From the NCBI GenBank assembly GCA_964504365.1, contig CAZDDW010000001.1:132293-196292 (forward strand): a stretch of 64,000 bases of DNA, read 5' to 3'. This stretch comes from an uncultured Gammaproteobacteria bacterium. GTDB lineage: Bacteria > Patescibacteriota > Patescibacteriia > UBA9934 > CAZDDW01. The first letter of the stretch is position 1. Each line of letters begins with the position of its first letter. Position numbers and translations under genes: made by a program. Under the pieces are notes generated by a model that worked only from the letters and a program-made list of their open reading frames with translations, made no database searches and was not told the origin of the DNA. Positions 49,140 to 60,145 of the stretch are shown here, one piece after another.

Positions 49140-50204
49140 TTAAGCAAGTTTCTGTTCAATCTCAACCTCTTTGAGCTTGTCGATAATCAGGCCGATTTCA
49201 CCGTTCATGATTCCTGGCAAGTTACTCCAATTCTCATTGACTCGGTGATCAGTTACTCGGTCCTGTGGATAGTTGTAGGTTCGGATTTTTTCTGAACGCT
49301 CTCCGGTTCCAATCTGTCCACGCCGCGCTTCTTCTAATTCCTGGCGTCGTTTTTCTTCTTCCATGGCAAAGACACGGGCACGGATGATCGATAAAGCACG
49401 CTCTTTGTTTTGTTTCTGAGAGCGCTCATCCTGACAATAGACCATTAGTCCAGAAGGTAAGTGGGTAATGCGGATCGCTGAGTAAGTTGTGTTCACTGAC
49501 TGTCCACCAGCTCCAGTTGAGGTAGTTGCTTCGATCTTCAGGTCTTTTGGATCAATCTTAACGTCCACCTCTTCGGCCTCTGGCAAAACAGCCACAGTTG
49601 CAGTAGAAGTATGAATTCGTCCCTGTTTCTCAGTTTCAGGAACACGCTGTACTCGGTGCACTCCGGATTCAAACTTTAGTTTTCCATAAACCCCAGAACC
49701 TTCAATCGAAAAAATAACTTCTTTGAATCCACCCAAGTCATTTTGGCTTGAGCTGATTAACTTGCTCTTCCATCCTTGAGTCTCAGCAAAGTGACTGTAC
49801 ATGCGGAACAGGTTTCCTGCGAACAAGGCAGCTTCGTCTCCGCCAGTTCCAGCCCGAATTTCAACGATAATATTTTTCTTGTCTAATGGATCAGGTGGCA
49901 CCAAAGCAACCAACATGTTTTTTTCAAGGCTTTCCAACTGAACGCTCAAGCTTTCAATCTCAGACTCAGCCAATTCTTTCATTTCCGGATCAGTAGCCTC
50001 ACTCAAAGCCTCTTTGGCGCTGGCCAAATCTGACTGCATTTTATCTAGTTGATCTCCCAGTTCAATCACGCCCTTTAGATCGCTGTATTCCTCGTTTACC
50101 TGACGCATCTTTTTTGGATCAGAAGCCACGCTTGGATCAGCCATCTGCTGCTCCAGCTCTTGGAAACGTTCTCGGCGATTGTTTAATTCTTTACTGATGT
50201 CCAT
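49140..50204 (-). CDS. prfA: Peptide chain release factor 1
   Basis: GGDEA, PET motif, GAGGQ, RTYNYPQ. Confidence 0.97.
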   Translation of the reverse strand: MDISKELNNRRERFQELEQQMADPSVASDPKKMRQVNEEYSDLKGVIELGDQLDKMQSDLASAKEALSEATDPEMKELAESEIESLSVQLESLEKNMLVALVPPDPLDKKNIIVEIRAGTGGDEAALFAGNLFRMYSHFAETQGWKSKLISSSQNDLGGFKEVIFSIEGSGVYGKLKFESGVHRVQRVPETEKQGRIHTSTATVAVLPEAEEVDVKIDPKDLKIEATTSTGAGGQSVNTTYSAIRITHLPSGLMVYCQDERSQKQNKERALSIIRARVFAMEEEKRRQELEEARRGQIGTGERSEKIRTYNYPQDRVTDHRVNENWSNLPGIMNGEIGLIIDKLKEVEIEQKLA

Positions 50205-50258
50205 ATAATCAAAAAGCGTTCTTCTATTATATTCGAAGAACGCCTTTTATTACAAATG

Positions 50259-50594
50259 TTACTCGTCAGCCTTAACAACTTTCTTTTTAACAGTTGCTGT
50301 TTTTGTGGTCTCAATTTCGTACTTTGGACCTTTGGCATCTCGCTTAGCTCGCTTAGCCGCCTTTTTAGTGGCCTTGTTTTTAGAGTCATCAGTCTTTTTG
50401 GCAGCACGAGCCTGGAATTTTTCAACACGACGGGCAGTGTCGACAATCTTCTGCGTACCAGTATAAAAAGGGTGGCAAGCTGAACAAAGCTCGATCTGAG
50501 TCTCGTCCTGAGTTGAGCCAACTTTATAAGTCGCACCACAAGCACAAGTGATAGTGGCGTCGCTGTTATAAGCTGGGTGAATATCTTTTTTCAT
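50259..50594 (-). CDS. rpmE: 50S ribosomal protein L31 (Zn-binding form)
   Basis: [21 protein letters not shown]. Confidence 0.97.
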   Translation of the reverse strand: MKKDIHPAYNSDATITCACGATYKVGSTQDETQIELCSACHPFYTGTQKIVDTARRVEKFQARAAKKTDDSKNKATKKAAKRAKRDAKGPKYEIETTKTATVKKKVVKADE

Positions 50595-50636
50595 ACGGCA
50601 GGAGTGTACCAGGAGAAAAGAAATGTGTCAAGCGAG

Positions 50637-50713
50637 AGTTATCTGGTTTTCTGGTTATCTTGTTGTCTAGTTTCAGGAACCAAATAACCAGAGAACTAGA
50701 CAACCAGACAACT
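50637..50713. repeat. Palindromic element of degenerate 8-bp units
   Basis: GTTATCTGGTTTTCTGGTTATCTTGTTGTCTAGTT...AACCAAATAACCAGAGAACTAGACAACCAGACAAC. Confidence 0.75.
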
Positions 50714-50733
50714 TTTGATATCATGTCTTCACT

Positions 50734-51762
50734 ATGTCAACTCCCATATCACAATACGACTACGACTTACCCACTGAATTCATAGCCCAAACACCAGTTG
50801 AGCCGCGGGATCAGTCTCGTTTGTTGGTTTTGAATCGTGACACTGGATCAATTGAGCATAAGCGATTCTATCAGATTGGAGATTTTTTACGTGATGATGA
50901 TGTGTTGGTGTTTAACGATACCAAGGTTTTTAAGGCTCGATTGCGGGGGGAAGTTGGAATACATGAGATCGAGGTTTTTCTGCTCCGCGCTGAGGATCAT
51001 GTTTGGCAGGCCATGGTTCGACCGGGACGGAAGATTGCGATTGGCTCGGAGATCGGGTTTGAAGATGGTCTGAAAGCGCATGTGATTGAAAAGTTGCCAA
51101 ACGGAATAGTTAAGATCGAATTTAGTGTTGGGGTCGACCAGGTGCTTGAATACTGCGATAGGCACGGTGAGATTCCAGTTCCTCCATACGTTAAACAACA
51201 GCCGGATCAGCTTGATACGTATCAAACCGTGTATGCTCGTGAAACTGGTTCTGTGGCCGCACCAACTGCCGGATTCCATTTCACAGATCAATTACTCGAT
51301 GAGCTGCGAGATCGCGGAATCCAAATGGAATACATCACTTTGCACGTTGGAATCGGTACGTTCCAGCCAGTTAAGACCGAGACGCTAGAAGAACACGAGA
51401 TGCATAGCGAGTTTGTGCAGGTTGATCAAGATACAGCCGATCGTATCAATCAGGCCAAAGTTGCTGGCCGCCGGATAGTTGTGGTTGGGACAACTACGAC
51501 TCGTGCACTCGAAGGTGTAGCCAGACAATCTGCTTCAGGCAAACTCGAGGCTTTTGCAAGCGATGTTAATCTGTTTATCACCCCAGGATACGAATTTAAA
51601 GTTGTTGATGCTTTAGTCACCAACTTTCATTTACCAAAATCAACCTTACTCGCCCTGGTCTCAGCCCTGGCCAGCCGTGAGCAAATATTCAAAGCTTACG
51701 AAGAAGCAAAGCAACACGGCTACCGTTTTTACTCCTTCGGTGATGCCATGTTCATTGCTTGA
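50734..51762 (+). CDS. queA: SAM:tRNA ribosyltransferase-isomerase QueA
   Basis: IAQTP, GSVAAPTAG, LHVG.GTF, TNFHLPKSTL, YRFYSFGDAM; the annotated frame ends at about 51761. Confidence 0.96.
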   Translation: MSTPISQYDYDLPTEFIAQTPVEPRDQSRLLVLNRDTGSIEHKRFYQIGDFLRDDDVLVFNDTKVFKARLRGEVGIHEIEVFLLRAEDHVWQAMVRPGRKIAIGSEIGFEDGLKAHVIEKLPNGIVKIEFSVGVDQVLEYCDRHGEIPVPPYVKQQPDQLDTYQTVYARETGSVAAPTAGFHFTDQLLDELRDRGIQMEYITLHVGIGTFQPVKTETLEEHEMHSEFVQVDQDTADRINQAKVAGRRIVVVGTTTTRALEGVARQSASGKLEAFASDVNLFITPGYEFKVVDALVTNFHLPKSTLLALVSALASREQIFKAYEEAKQHGYRFYSFGDAMFIA

Positions 51763-51831
51763 CAAAAGTCAGCTTATTTGCTAAGCTGACTCCTTCGTTA
51801 GCTCCTTGAATCTGAACGTTGGGAGAAAAAT

Positions 51832-52329
51832 ATGTTCGTCAAAATCGCTTTGTGGACGATTTTTTGTGCAATCGTGACCGTCATTCTGATCCTGGTCAAG
51901 GTGCCTCACCCGATCTGGATCGGGATCGAAGTCCTGTTCGCCCCGCTCGAGATCTGGGCCGCCTGGATCATCGTCAGCTGGGTCCTCGGCACTCTGTTCG
52001 ATGGCTGGGATACTCACTCCAGAGGGAAGGAGTATCAGGCCACGGCCAACACCTTCGAGGTCATGGTCATTGGAGAAGGGGTCCGTGAAGTACTCGAGGC
52101 CAATGGTGGGTCGATCAGTGACCCGAAAGACGTTCATTGGCTAGGTCGCCATGGTCACCATATGCACTATGTGACCATTCCGTACGATCGTGAACCAGAC
52201 CTGTTCGATGGGGTCACCCTGATGACCTTGCCTGACAGCACGGTCTTGGCGCTCACGCCATGGCAGGATGAACAGACTGGGTGGCCGAAGAAACCATTCG
52301 TTCCTTCTCGCCTGGAACTCAAGAACTGA
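51832..52329 (+). CDS. Orphan membrane protein
   Basis: Promoter TTGACA-17-TAAGCT at 51759, SD GGGAG, terminator ACCGCTC/GAGCGGT plus T run. Confidence 0.7.
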   Translation: MFVKIALWTIFCAIVTVILILVKVPHPIWIGIEVLFAPLEIWAAWIIVSWVLGTLFDGWDTHSRGKEYQATANTFEVMVIGEGVREVLEANGGSISDPKDVHWLGRHGHHMHYVTIPYDREPDLFDGVTLMTLPDSTVLALTPWQDEQTGWPKKPFVPSRLELKN

Positions 52330-52504
52330 ACACCGCTCACTGCGAGCGGTCTTTTAATACCATCTATGCTTGACATATTTAAGCCAAGAAGTTATACTAT
52401 CGCCACTTAATCAATCAGGTGATTTAGCCGAGAAAGGCACGATCGAGCCCTGCTTAAACAATAAGCTCTCGAACGATATCACCGTCGTTAAAAGGAACTA
52501 TAAT

Positions 52505-53356
52505 ATGCCAAATATTCCATCTCTTGAAGAGATGTTGCAGGCCGGAGTTCACTTTGGTCACAAAACATCTCGTTGGCACCCTAAAATGGCGCCGTTTATT
52601 TTCACGGCCCGTGGCGGAGTGCATATCGTTAATTTAGAAGAAACCCAAAAGCAACTTGAAGATACTTTGGGTTATTTGAAAAGCATTGCCGCTCGTGGTG
52701 GTGTTGTTTTGTTTGTTGGGTCTAAAAAGCAGGCTAAAGGCTTTGTAAAACAGTATGCTGATCAGGTTGGTATGCCGTACGTTAATGAGCGTTGGCTTGG
52801 TGGGACTTTGACTAACTTTGGTCAGATCCAGAAACTTGTTAAGCATTATAAAAAGCTTAAAGACCAGCAGGACAAGGGTGAACTTGGAAAGTACACCAAA
52901 AAAGAGCGCTTGATGATTTCACGAGAAATTGCTGACATGGAGCGCAAGATTTTTGGAATCAGTAACATGGACAAGAAGCCAGATGCTTTGTTTATCATCG
53001 ATACCAAAACTGAGAAGACAGCAGTGCAAGAAGCAAATCATCAGAACATTCCAGTCGTTGCTGTTTGTGACACTAACGTTAATCCGGATAAAATGAAGTT
53101 TGTTGTGCCTGCAAATGATGATGCTGTTAAGTCGATTGAAATGATGTTGCGTTTGGCAGCTGAAGCGATTGCTGAAGGAAAAGCTGAGGGAACCAAGGTT
53201 GTAAATGCTGCTGAAAAGCCAGCAGAGAAAAAAGCCCCAGCAGAAGCAGAAGACGTGGCGGTTACAGAGACTTCAAAGAAAGTGGTTGAAGAGCTAGATC
53301 TAAAATTACACGATCAGATCTTGTCTGAGAAACAGGATGAGGAAAAACAAAAGTAA
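52505..53356 (+). CDS. rpsB: 30S ribosomal protein S2
   Basis: AGVHFGH, RWLGGTLTN, PANDDA. Confidence 0.97.
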   Translation: MPNIPSLEEMLQAGVHFGHKTSRWHPKMAPFIFTARGGVHIVNLEETQKQLEDTLGYLKSIAARGGVVLFVGSKKQAKGFVKQYADQVGMPYVNERWLGGTLTNFGQIQKLVKHYKKLKDQQDKGELGKYTKKERLMISREIADMERKIFGISNMDKKPDALFIIDTKTEKTAVQEANHQNIPVVAVCDTNVNPDKMKFVVPANDDAVKSIEMMLRLAAEAIAEGKAEGTKVVNAAEKPAEKKAPAEAEDVAVTETSKKVVEELDLKLHDQILSEKQDEEKQK

Positions 53357-53385
53357 ACAACAAAATAAAATTAACAATCAAAATT

Positions 53386-53976
53386 ATGAGCATTGATGCT
53401 AAAACTGTTGTCGAGCTTCGTAAGATGACTGGAGCCGGCATGATGGATGCTAAAAAAGCTTTAGAAGCCTGTGATGGTGATTTAGAAAAAGCAGCAGAGG
53501 AGCTTCGAAAAAAAGGAGTTGCTAAAGCAGCTAAGCGTGCTGACCGTGAAACTACAGAAGGTCGCGTTTATTCTTACATCCACGCTAATGGAAAAGTTGG
53601 TGCAATGGTTGAGGTTTTGTCTGAAACAGACTTTGTTGCACGCAATGAGGCTTTCACTGAATTCTGTCACGATCTTGCCATGCACATTGTTGCCGCAGAT
53701 CCATTGTATCTAACACGTGAGGATGTTCCTGTTGAAGTGTTGGATAAAGAAAAGGAGTTGTTTGCTGCGGAAATGAAAGAGCAAAACAAACCGGATGATG
53801 TGATCGCCAAGATCGTCGAAGGCAAGATGACCAAGTACTATTCTGAGGTTTGTCTGATGGAGCAGTCATATATTAAGGACGAGGATAAGACCATCGAAGA
53901 TCTGTTGAAAGAGAAGATTGCTTCTATGGGTGAGAACATCCAGATCGGTAGATTTGCAAGATTTAATATTGGATAA
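53386..53976 (+). CDS. tsf: Elongation factor Ts (short form)
   Basis: LRKMTGAGMMD, ETDFVA. Confidence 0.97.
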   Translation: MSIDAKTVVELRKMTGAGMMDAKKALEACDGDLEKAAEELRKKGVAKAAKRADRETTEGRVYSYIHANGKVGAMVEVLSETDFVARNEAFTEFCHDLAMHIVAADPLYLTREDVPVEVLDKEKELFAAEMKEQNKPDDVIAKIVEGKMTKYYSEVCLMEQSYIKDEDKTIEDLLKEKIASMGENIQIGRFARFNIG

Positions 53977-54052
53977 AAGAAATTGTTGTAAGGGCACCCC
54001 TTGTGGGTGCCCTTTTGTGATATAATCAAATAGTTAAAAGTAATCTAAATTT

Positions 54053-55069
54053 ATGATCCGTGTTGCAATTAATGGTTTTGGGCGGATTGGGCGCAATACG
54101 CTCAAGGCTGGCTGGAACAATAAGAATATAAAGTTCGTAGCGATTAACGATTTGACTGAGCCAAAGATCCTGGCCCATTTGTTGAAATACGATTCAGTTT
54201 TTGGTCGTTGGGATAAAAAAGTTAGTGCAGATGCAAATCATTTGATTATTGGTGGTAAGAAGATTCCGGTTAGTTCTGAAAAGGATCCTTCGAAATTGCC
54301 ATGGGGAAAGCACGACGTTAATGTGGTCATCGAGTCAACTGGACGGTTCACAGATCGTAAGTCAGCTGGTGGACATTTGAAAGCTGGAGCCAAGCGTGTG
54401 GTCGTGTCAGCACCAGCAAAGAACACACCAACGTATTTAATGGGAGTAAATCATAAGAAGTGTCGTTTGAACGATAAGATCGTTAACAATGCTTCTTGTA
54501 CAACAAATTCGATTGCGCCTGTGGCAGCGATCATGGCTGAGACCTTTGGGGTAAAGAAAGCCATGATGACCACGATTCATTCAGTCACAGCTGGGCAGAG
54601 TACGGTCGATGGAGTTCCTAAGCCACCAAAGAATGATTTGCGTCGTTCCCGATCTGCATTGGTTAATATGATTCCTACCACAACTGGTGCAGCTGTGGCC
54701 ACTACTCAGGCCATACCACGGTTGAAGAACAAATTCGACGGTGTGGCAGTGCGTGTGCCAACGATTGATGTTTCGCTTTCTGATTTTACTTTCATGCTAC
54801 GCAAGAAAGTAACTGCAGATCAGGTGAATAAGGTATTCAAAAAGGCAGCTCGCAGCGCTCGTTGGAAAGGTGTTCTCGGAGTAACTGACGAACCAGTTGT
54901 ATCTAGTGATTTTATTGGCAGCCCATATTCTTCAGTAGTTGATTTGGGCATGACTCGGGTTGTTGATGGTGACATGGTCAAGGTTATGGCTTGGTACGAT
55001 AATGAGTGGGGATATTCAGTACACCTGCTGGGAATGGTTGAGAACACGGCACGATTTATTCGCAAGTAA
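54053..55069 (+). CDS. gap: Glyceraldehyde-3-phosphate dehydrogenase
   Basis: INGFGRIGR, NASCTTN, WYDNEWGY. Confidence 0.97.
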   Translation: MIRVAINGFGRIGRNTLKAGWNNKNIKFVAINDLTEPKILAHLLKYDSVFGRWDKKVSADANHLIIGGKKIPVSSEKDPSKLPWGKHDVNVVIESTGRFTDRKSAGGHLKAGAKRVVVSAPAKNTPTYLMGVNHKKCRLNDKIVNNASCTTNSIAPVAAIMAETFGVKKAMMTTIHSVTAGQSTVDGVPKPPKNDLRRSRSALVNMIPTTTGAAVATTQAIPRLKNKFDGVAVRVPTIDVSLSDFTFMLRKKVTADQVNKVFKKAARSARWKGVLGVTDEPVVSSDFIGSPYSSVVDLGMTRVVDGDMVKVMAWYDNEWGYSVHLLGMVENTARFIRK

Positions 55070-55070
55070 C

Positions 55071-55979
55071 ATGAATTTGTATTTTGATTTAGTGATATTC
55101 TTTTTTCTGATCATGGTTGGAGCCTATTTGGTCGAACTAATGGTTCAGATGAGAGGAGATAAAAGAAAGCGTTTACACACGCTTTTCTTTGTTATTTTAG
55201 GAGCTGCTTGGTTAGTGATTTTTTACGGCAGTATTATCGAACCTCGCTTTATTTCAGTGAACGAATATGAGTTCAGTCTTTCTGATAACGCAAGCTCGAA
55301 CCTTCGTGTGGCAGTTTTGTCGGATTTGCACATGGGGCCATATAAAAAAGCGGGCTGGACTTCGCAGGTAGTTCGTCAAACCAATGAGCTACAGCCAGAC
55401 ATGGTTTGGTTGGTTGGTGATTATATTTTTGATCAGGCAGAGCAAGCAGACATGTTGTCTGCTTTGTCGCAAATTGAAGCGCCTCTTGGTGTGTATGCAG
55501 TGACTGGGAATCATGATTATTATGACGAGAATGTTGATTACGTGATCGCTGAACTCAAGGAGCATGGAATTACAGTGCTTCAAAATGAGTCGCAAGAGAT
55601 TGGGATTGATACAGGGGGCTTTGTTCTTGCTGGGGTCGATGATCTTTGGTACGGCGGCAATCTATCACAAACGCTCCAGGATTTGGGCACAGACGATTCA
55701 GTCGTGCTTTTGTCACATAATCCTGATGCTGTCTTATCTGAGATCGTGATTGAGAAAGCAGATCTGGTTGTTTCAGGTCATACCCACGGTGGGCAGATCC
55801 GTTTGCCTTGGCTTGGCCCGATTTCCGACATTCCAGATCTCTTGGGTCGCGACTACGATCAAGGACTGTTTGAATTTCAAGGAACAAATTTGTTGATCAG
55901 CTCTGGGTTAGGGGAAACCGGACCACGTGCTCGTCTGTTCAACCCACCAGAGATAGTTTTGTTAGAGCTCTGGTTTTAG
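55071..55979 (+). CDS. Membrane-anchored metallophosphoesterase
   Basis: SDLH, GD, GNHD, HNPD, GHTHGGQ. Confidence 0.9.
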   Translation: MNLYFDLVIFFFLIMVGAYLVELMVQMRGDKRKRLHTLFFVILGAAWLVIFYGSIIEPRFISVNEYEFSLSDNASSNLRVAVLSDLHMGPYKKAGWTSQVVRQTNELQPDMVWLVGDYIFDQAEQADMLSALSQIEAPLGVYAVTGNHDYYDENVDYVIAELKEHGITVLQNESQEIGIDTGGFVLAGVDDLWYGGNLSQTLQDLGTDDSVVLLSHNPDAVLSEIVIEKADLVVSGHTHGGQIRLPWLGPISDIPDLLGRDYDQGLFEFQGTNLLISSGLGETGPRARLFNPPEIVLLELWF

Positions 55980-56008
55980 GTGCTGTTTTTTGGTAAAATA
56001 GGTTGGCT

Positions 56009-57190
56009 ATGCGATTGAAAACCTTACGTAATACAACCAAGCTTCAAGGGAAGCGTGTTTTAGTTAGAATCGATGCCAACGTTCCAATCAAACGTGGAAA
56101 GGCTGTTGATGGGGAATATGGGCGAATCGCTCGGGCCACTGTTGATTTGGAGTGGTTGCGACAGCGTGGTGCTAAAGTTATTGTTATGACACACTTGGGT
56201 CGGCCAGGTGGAAAGCGGATCGCGGCTTATTCAACATTGCCAGTGATGCGCCGCATTGATGAATTAATTGGTAATCACATCAAACACTGTCGTCAGGTTA
56301 CTGGTCCGTCAGCAGAAAAGATGGTTGCCAAGATGGAGGATGGGGATATATTGGTTCTGGAAAATTTACGTTATGATCCCCGTGAACGTGACAACGCAAA
56401 ATCGTTTGCCTCTACGTTGGCGGCATACGGCGATATTTATATCAATGACGCATTTGCTAATAGTCATCGTGCCCACGCCTCAATGGATGCTATTACAGAT
56501 GAGCTATCCTCTTACGCAGGCCCTTCACTGATTCATGAAGTAGAGGTGCTGGATGGTGTGATGAAAAAAGCTGGGCATCCATTTGTGCTTGCAATGGGCG
56601 GATTGAAAATGGATGATAAGATTGCGGTCATGAAAGAGTTTTTACAAAAAGCAGATACAATTGCTGTTGGTGGGGCTTTGGCCACCGCTTTTTTAGTTGC
56701 TCAAGGAACCAGTGTGGGCAAGTCGGTTTATGATAAAAAAGGTGTGGCTTTGGCTAAGAAGATGCTGCGGCAAGAGCCGGATAAATTTATTTTGCCAACT
56801 GACGTACGGGTAGCCCGTAGTCTGTCTGGTAGTTGGTCAGTGATCAAGCCAGTGGAAGAAATTAAATCGAACGAAATGATTGTTGATCTGGGCAGTAGTT
56901 CAATGCGTGCTATAAGAAAGGAGATCAAGAAAGCCAAGACGATCGTTTGGAACGGCCCATTTGGTTATTGTGAGAATAAACGTTTTTGTGATGGGACTGA
57001 AAGTTTGGCTCGAGCCATTGCACGACGCACTGGTTCAGCAAAGACGATCGTTGGTGGGGGTTACACTTTGCCAGTTGTTGAAGGTTTGCACTTGGCCAAA
57101 CGTTATACTTTATTATCAAGTGGCGGTGGAGCCATGCTCGACTTTCTGGCTGGGAAAAAGCTGCCAGGTTTAGAAGCATTAAAAATGTAG
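56009..57190 (+). CDS. pgk: Phosphoglycerate kinase
   Basis: RIDANVP, HLGRP, LENLR, NDAF..SHR, WNGP.G, SSGGGA. Confidence 0.96.
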   Translation: MRLKTLRNTTKLQGKRVLVRIDANVPIKRGKAVDGEYGRIARATVDLEWLRQRGAKVIVMTHLGRPGGKRIAAYSTLPVMRRIDELIGNHIKHCRQVTGPSAEKMVAKMEDGDILVLENLRYDPRERDNAKSFASTLAAYGDIYINDAFANSHRAHASMDAITDELSSYAGPSLIHEVEVLDGVMKKAGHPFVLAMGGLKMDDKIAVMKEFLQKADTIAVGGALATAFLVAQGTSVGKSVYDKKGVALAKKMLRQEPDKFILPTDVRVARSLSGSWSVIKPVEEIKSNEMIVDLGSSSMRAIRKEIKKAKTIVWNGPFGYCENKRFCDGTESLARAIARRTGSAKTIVGGGYTLPVVEGLHLAKRYTLLSSGGGAMLDFLAGKKLPGLEALKM

Positions 57191-57194
57191 AAAT

Positions 57195-58463
57195 ATGTCA
57201 TCTGCAATAGAACACATTCACGCTCATGAGATTCTGGACTCTCGTGGCAACCCAACACTGAACGTCTCGGTGTTATTAAAGAATGGTAAGATCGGTCGAG
57301 CTTCAGTGCCCTCTGGTGCTTCCACTGGAACGCACGAGGCTTTGGAGTTACGCGATGGAGATAAGAAGCGTTATCGCGGTAAAGGTGTTTTGAAAGCTGT
57401 TCGTAATGTTAATGTTAAGATCGCCAAAGAGTTGGTTGGGATGTCTGTTTTGCACCAACGCGAGATCGATCAAAAGATGATCATGCTAGACGGGACGCTG
57501 AATAAAAAGAAGCTGGGAGCAAACGCGATCTTGGGAGTTTCGCTTGCTTGTGCTCATGCTGGAGCGAAGTCAAAGAAGATGCCGTTATACGAATACATCC
57601 GCTGGGCCTATGATTTGCAATACAAGAACTATCGACAACCAACCCCGTTGATGAACGTGTTCAATGGTGGAGCACATGCTGATACGAATCTAGACATGCA
57701 AGAGTTTATAATTATTCCCCATGGTATTAAGACCCAGCATCGACGTGTTCAGGCTGGTGCTGAGATATTTCATGCTCTAGGTGATGTTCTGTCTCGCGCT
57801 GGACTTGATACGGATGTTGGAAATGAGGGTGGCTATGCTCCGGACGTGGGCAAGACTGAACAAGCTCTTGAATACATTATGAAAGCAATCAAGAAGGCTG
57901 GTTACAAGCCTGGCAAACAGATCTCACTTGGGCTTGATGTGGCTGCCTCTGAGTTTTATAACGTAAAAAAGAATCGTTATGACTTAAGTACTGATCGACG
58001 GAAATTATCGGCTGATGGAATGACTGATCTTTATGAAGCCTGGATGAAAAAATATCCGCTGTTGTCTATCGAAGATGGATTGGATCAGGATGCTTGGGAG
58101 GATTGGCAAGAGCAAACAAAACGAATTGGTAAAAAAGTTATTTTGATCGGTGATGATTTGTTTGTTACTCAAAGCGAGCGGTTGCAAAAGGGAATTGATG
58201 AGAAGGTGGCCAATGCTATCTTGATCAAGTTGAACCAGGTCGGCAGCCTTTCAGAAACCATTGACACGATCTTGCTGGCTCAGGCAAATAAGTATAAGAT
58301 CGCTGTATCACATCGCTCTGGTGAAACCTGTGACACAACTATTGCTGATCTGGCTGTGGCTGTAAACGCGGAATACATCAAGACCGGCAGTTTGTCTCGA
58401 TCAGAAAGGTTGGCAAAGTATAATCGATTAATGGAGATCGAAGAAGAGATTAATAACCAATAA
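57195..58463 (+). CDS. eno: Enolase
   Basis: DSRGNPT, PSGASTG, SHRSGET, KYNRL. Confidence 0.98.
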   Translation: MSSAIEHIHAHEILDSRGNPTLNVSVLLKNGKIGRASVPSGASTGTHEALELRDGDKKRYRGKGVLKAVRNVNVKIAKELVGMSVLHQREIDQKMIMLDGTLNKKKLGANAILGVSLACAHAGAKSKKMPLYEYIRWAYDLQYKNYRQPTPLMNVFNGGAHADTNLDMQEFIIIPHGIKTQHRRVQAGAEIFHALGDVLSRAGLDTDVGNEGGYAPDVGKTEQALEYIMKAIKKAGYKPGKQISLGLDVAASEFYNVKKNRYDLSTDRRKLSADGMTDLYEAWMKKYPLLSIEDGLDQDAWEDWQEQTKRIGKKVILIGDDLFVTQSERLQKGIDEKVANAILIKLNQVGSLSETIDTILLAQANKYKIAVSHRSGETCDTTIADLAVAVNAEYIKTGSLSRSERLAKYNRLMEIEEEINNQ

Positions 58464-58563
58464 CCAAATAACAATGATCAAGATAATGACCAAATGATCT
58501 AATGTTCGAAAATTTGAACATTGATTATCATCTCGGTCATTGATTATTGATCATTGGTCATTT
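58453..58563. repeat. Inverted array of degenerate 7-8 bp units
   Basis: AATAACCAATAACCAAATAACAATGATCAA... / ...TTGATTATTGATCATTGGTCATT. Confidence 0.7.
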
Positions 58564-60141
58564 ATGTCCAGTATTGTTCCAGTAACCCTATGTATTCTTG
58601 ATGGGTTTGGAATTGCTCCGGATTCTGAAGGGAACGCAATTACTCGCGCCAAGACTCCAAATCTAGATCAGTTGTTACAGCGTTATCCAGCCATGGCTTT
58701 GCGTGCTTCTGGTGAGGATGTTGGTTTGAGTTGGGGGGAGATGGGGAATTCTGAAGTTGGACACTTGGCCATTGGTTCTGGTCGAGTTTTTTATCAAATG
58801 CTGCCGCGGATTGATCGTGATATTAAACAGGGTCAATTTTTTAATAATCCAGCTTTGGTAAAGGCAATTGAGCATGCTAAAGAAAATAAAAGCGCTCTGC
58901 ACCTGGTCGGTTTGGTTAGTGAGGGGCTGATTCACTCGTCTGATGCACATGCTCACGCCTTGCTTGATCTAGCCAAAGAACACAAGTTTAAGAACGTGTA
59001 TGTACATGCGATTCTTGATGGGCGAGACACAAACAAAGACGCGGCAATCGATTTTGTGGCCAATTTGCAGGCCAAGATGAAAGATGTAAAGATTGGGAAG
59101 ATCGCAAGTTTATCCGGACGGTTTTACGCCATGGATCGTAACAAGAGCTGGGATCGGACCGAAGCTGCCTTTCGAGCAATGGTTGATGGACAAAGCGCAG
59201 TCACGTTTGACGATCCTGTTGAAGCGATTAAGGCGTCATATGCCAAAGAGGTCTTTGATGAGCAGTTTGTACCAACTGTAATAACACATCGCAAAAAGCC
59301 AGTTGCCAAGATCAAAGATAAGGACGCAGTTATATTTTTTAACTACAGACCGGACCGGGCACGGCAGTTAACCAAATCTTTTGTTTTGCCAGATTTCGAC
59401 AAGTTCCAGCGCAAGTATTTTCCAAATTTGTTTTTTACAACAATGGCTGAGTATGAAGAAGGTTTGCCGGTTGAGGTGGCCTTTCCTCCAGAGGTAATCA
59501 CTAATTCTCTGGGCGAGACCGTGGCCAATGCTGGATTGAAACAATTCCATATTTCTGAGACAGAGAAGTATGCACACGTAACCTTCTTTATAAACGGAAC
59601 ACATGAAGACCCATTTACTGGTGAAGAGCGGGCGATTGTTCACTCACCGCGGGTGGCTTCGTACGATGAAACGCCAGCAATGAGTACTAAGGAGGTGACA
59701 GATCGCGCGGTCAAGGAAATTAAGTCTGGAAAACATGATCTGACAATTATGAATCTGGCTAACCCTGATATGGTCGGACATACTGGAAATTTGAATGCAG
59801 CAATGAAAGCCGTTCAGGCAGCAGATACTTGTGTTGGTCGAATTGTTGAGGCAACTTTAAATCGTGGCGGAGTGACTATTGTTACTGCTGACCACGGGAA
59901 CGCTGAAGAGATGGTTAACCTGGCTACTGGCGAAGTTTCCAAAGTACACTCAACAAATCCAGTGCCATTATATTTGGTTGGTAAACAGTTTGAAGGGCAA
60001 CTGTCACCGTCTGGAGAAATTCCAAGTGGAGATTTGTCTTTGGTGCAACCGATCGGTCTGTTAGCTGATATTGCACCAACAGTTTTGTCTGCTATGGGAA
60101 TTGAAAAACCAGAAGGTATGATTGGCACAAGTTTGTTTTAA
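58564..60141 (+). CDS. gpmI: 2,3-bisphosphoglycerate-independent phosphoglycerate mutase
   Basis: ILDGFG, MGNSEVGH, DGRD, ETEKYAHVT, DMVGHTG, TADHGN. Confidence 0.97.
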   Translation: MSSIVPVTLCILDGFGIAPDSEGNAITRAKTPNLDQLLQRYPAMALRASGEDVGLSWGEMGNSEVGHLAIGSGRVFYQMLPRIDRDIKQGQFFNNPALVKAIEHAKENKSALHLVGLVSEGLIHSSDAHAHALLDLAKEHKFKNVYVHAILDGRDTNKDAAIDFVANLQAKMKDVKIGKIASLSGRFYAMDRNKSWDRTEAAFRAMVDGQSAVTFDDPVEAIKASYAKEVFDEQFVPTVITHRKKPVAKIKDKDAVIFFNYRPDRARQLTKSFVLPDFDKFQRKYFPNLFFTTMAEYEEGLPVEVAFPPEVITNSLGETVANAGLKQFHISETEKYAHVTFFINGTHEDPFTGEERAIVHSPRVASYDETPAMSTKEVTDRAVKEIKSGKHDLTIMNLANPDMVGHTGNLNAAMKAVQAADTCVGRIVEATLNRGGVTIVTADHGNAEEMVNLATGEVSKVHSTNPVPLYLVGKQFEGQLSPSGEIPSGDLSLVQPIGLLADIAPTVLSAMGIEKPEGMIGTSLF

Positions 60142-60145
60142 AAAT

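Noticed and set aside
52400-52500. S2 autoregulatory leader RNA
   Set aside because: The position is plausible but I could not identify diagnostic conserved elements by eye.
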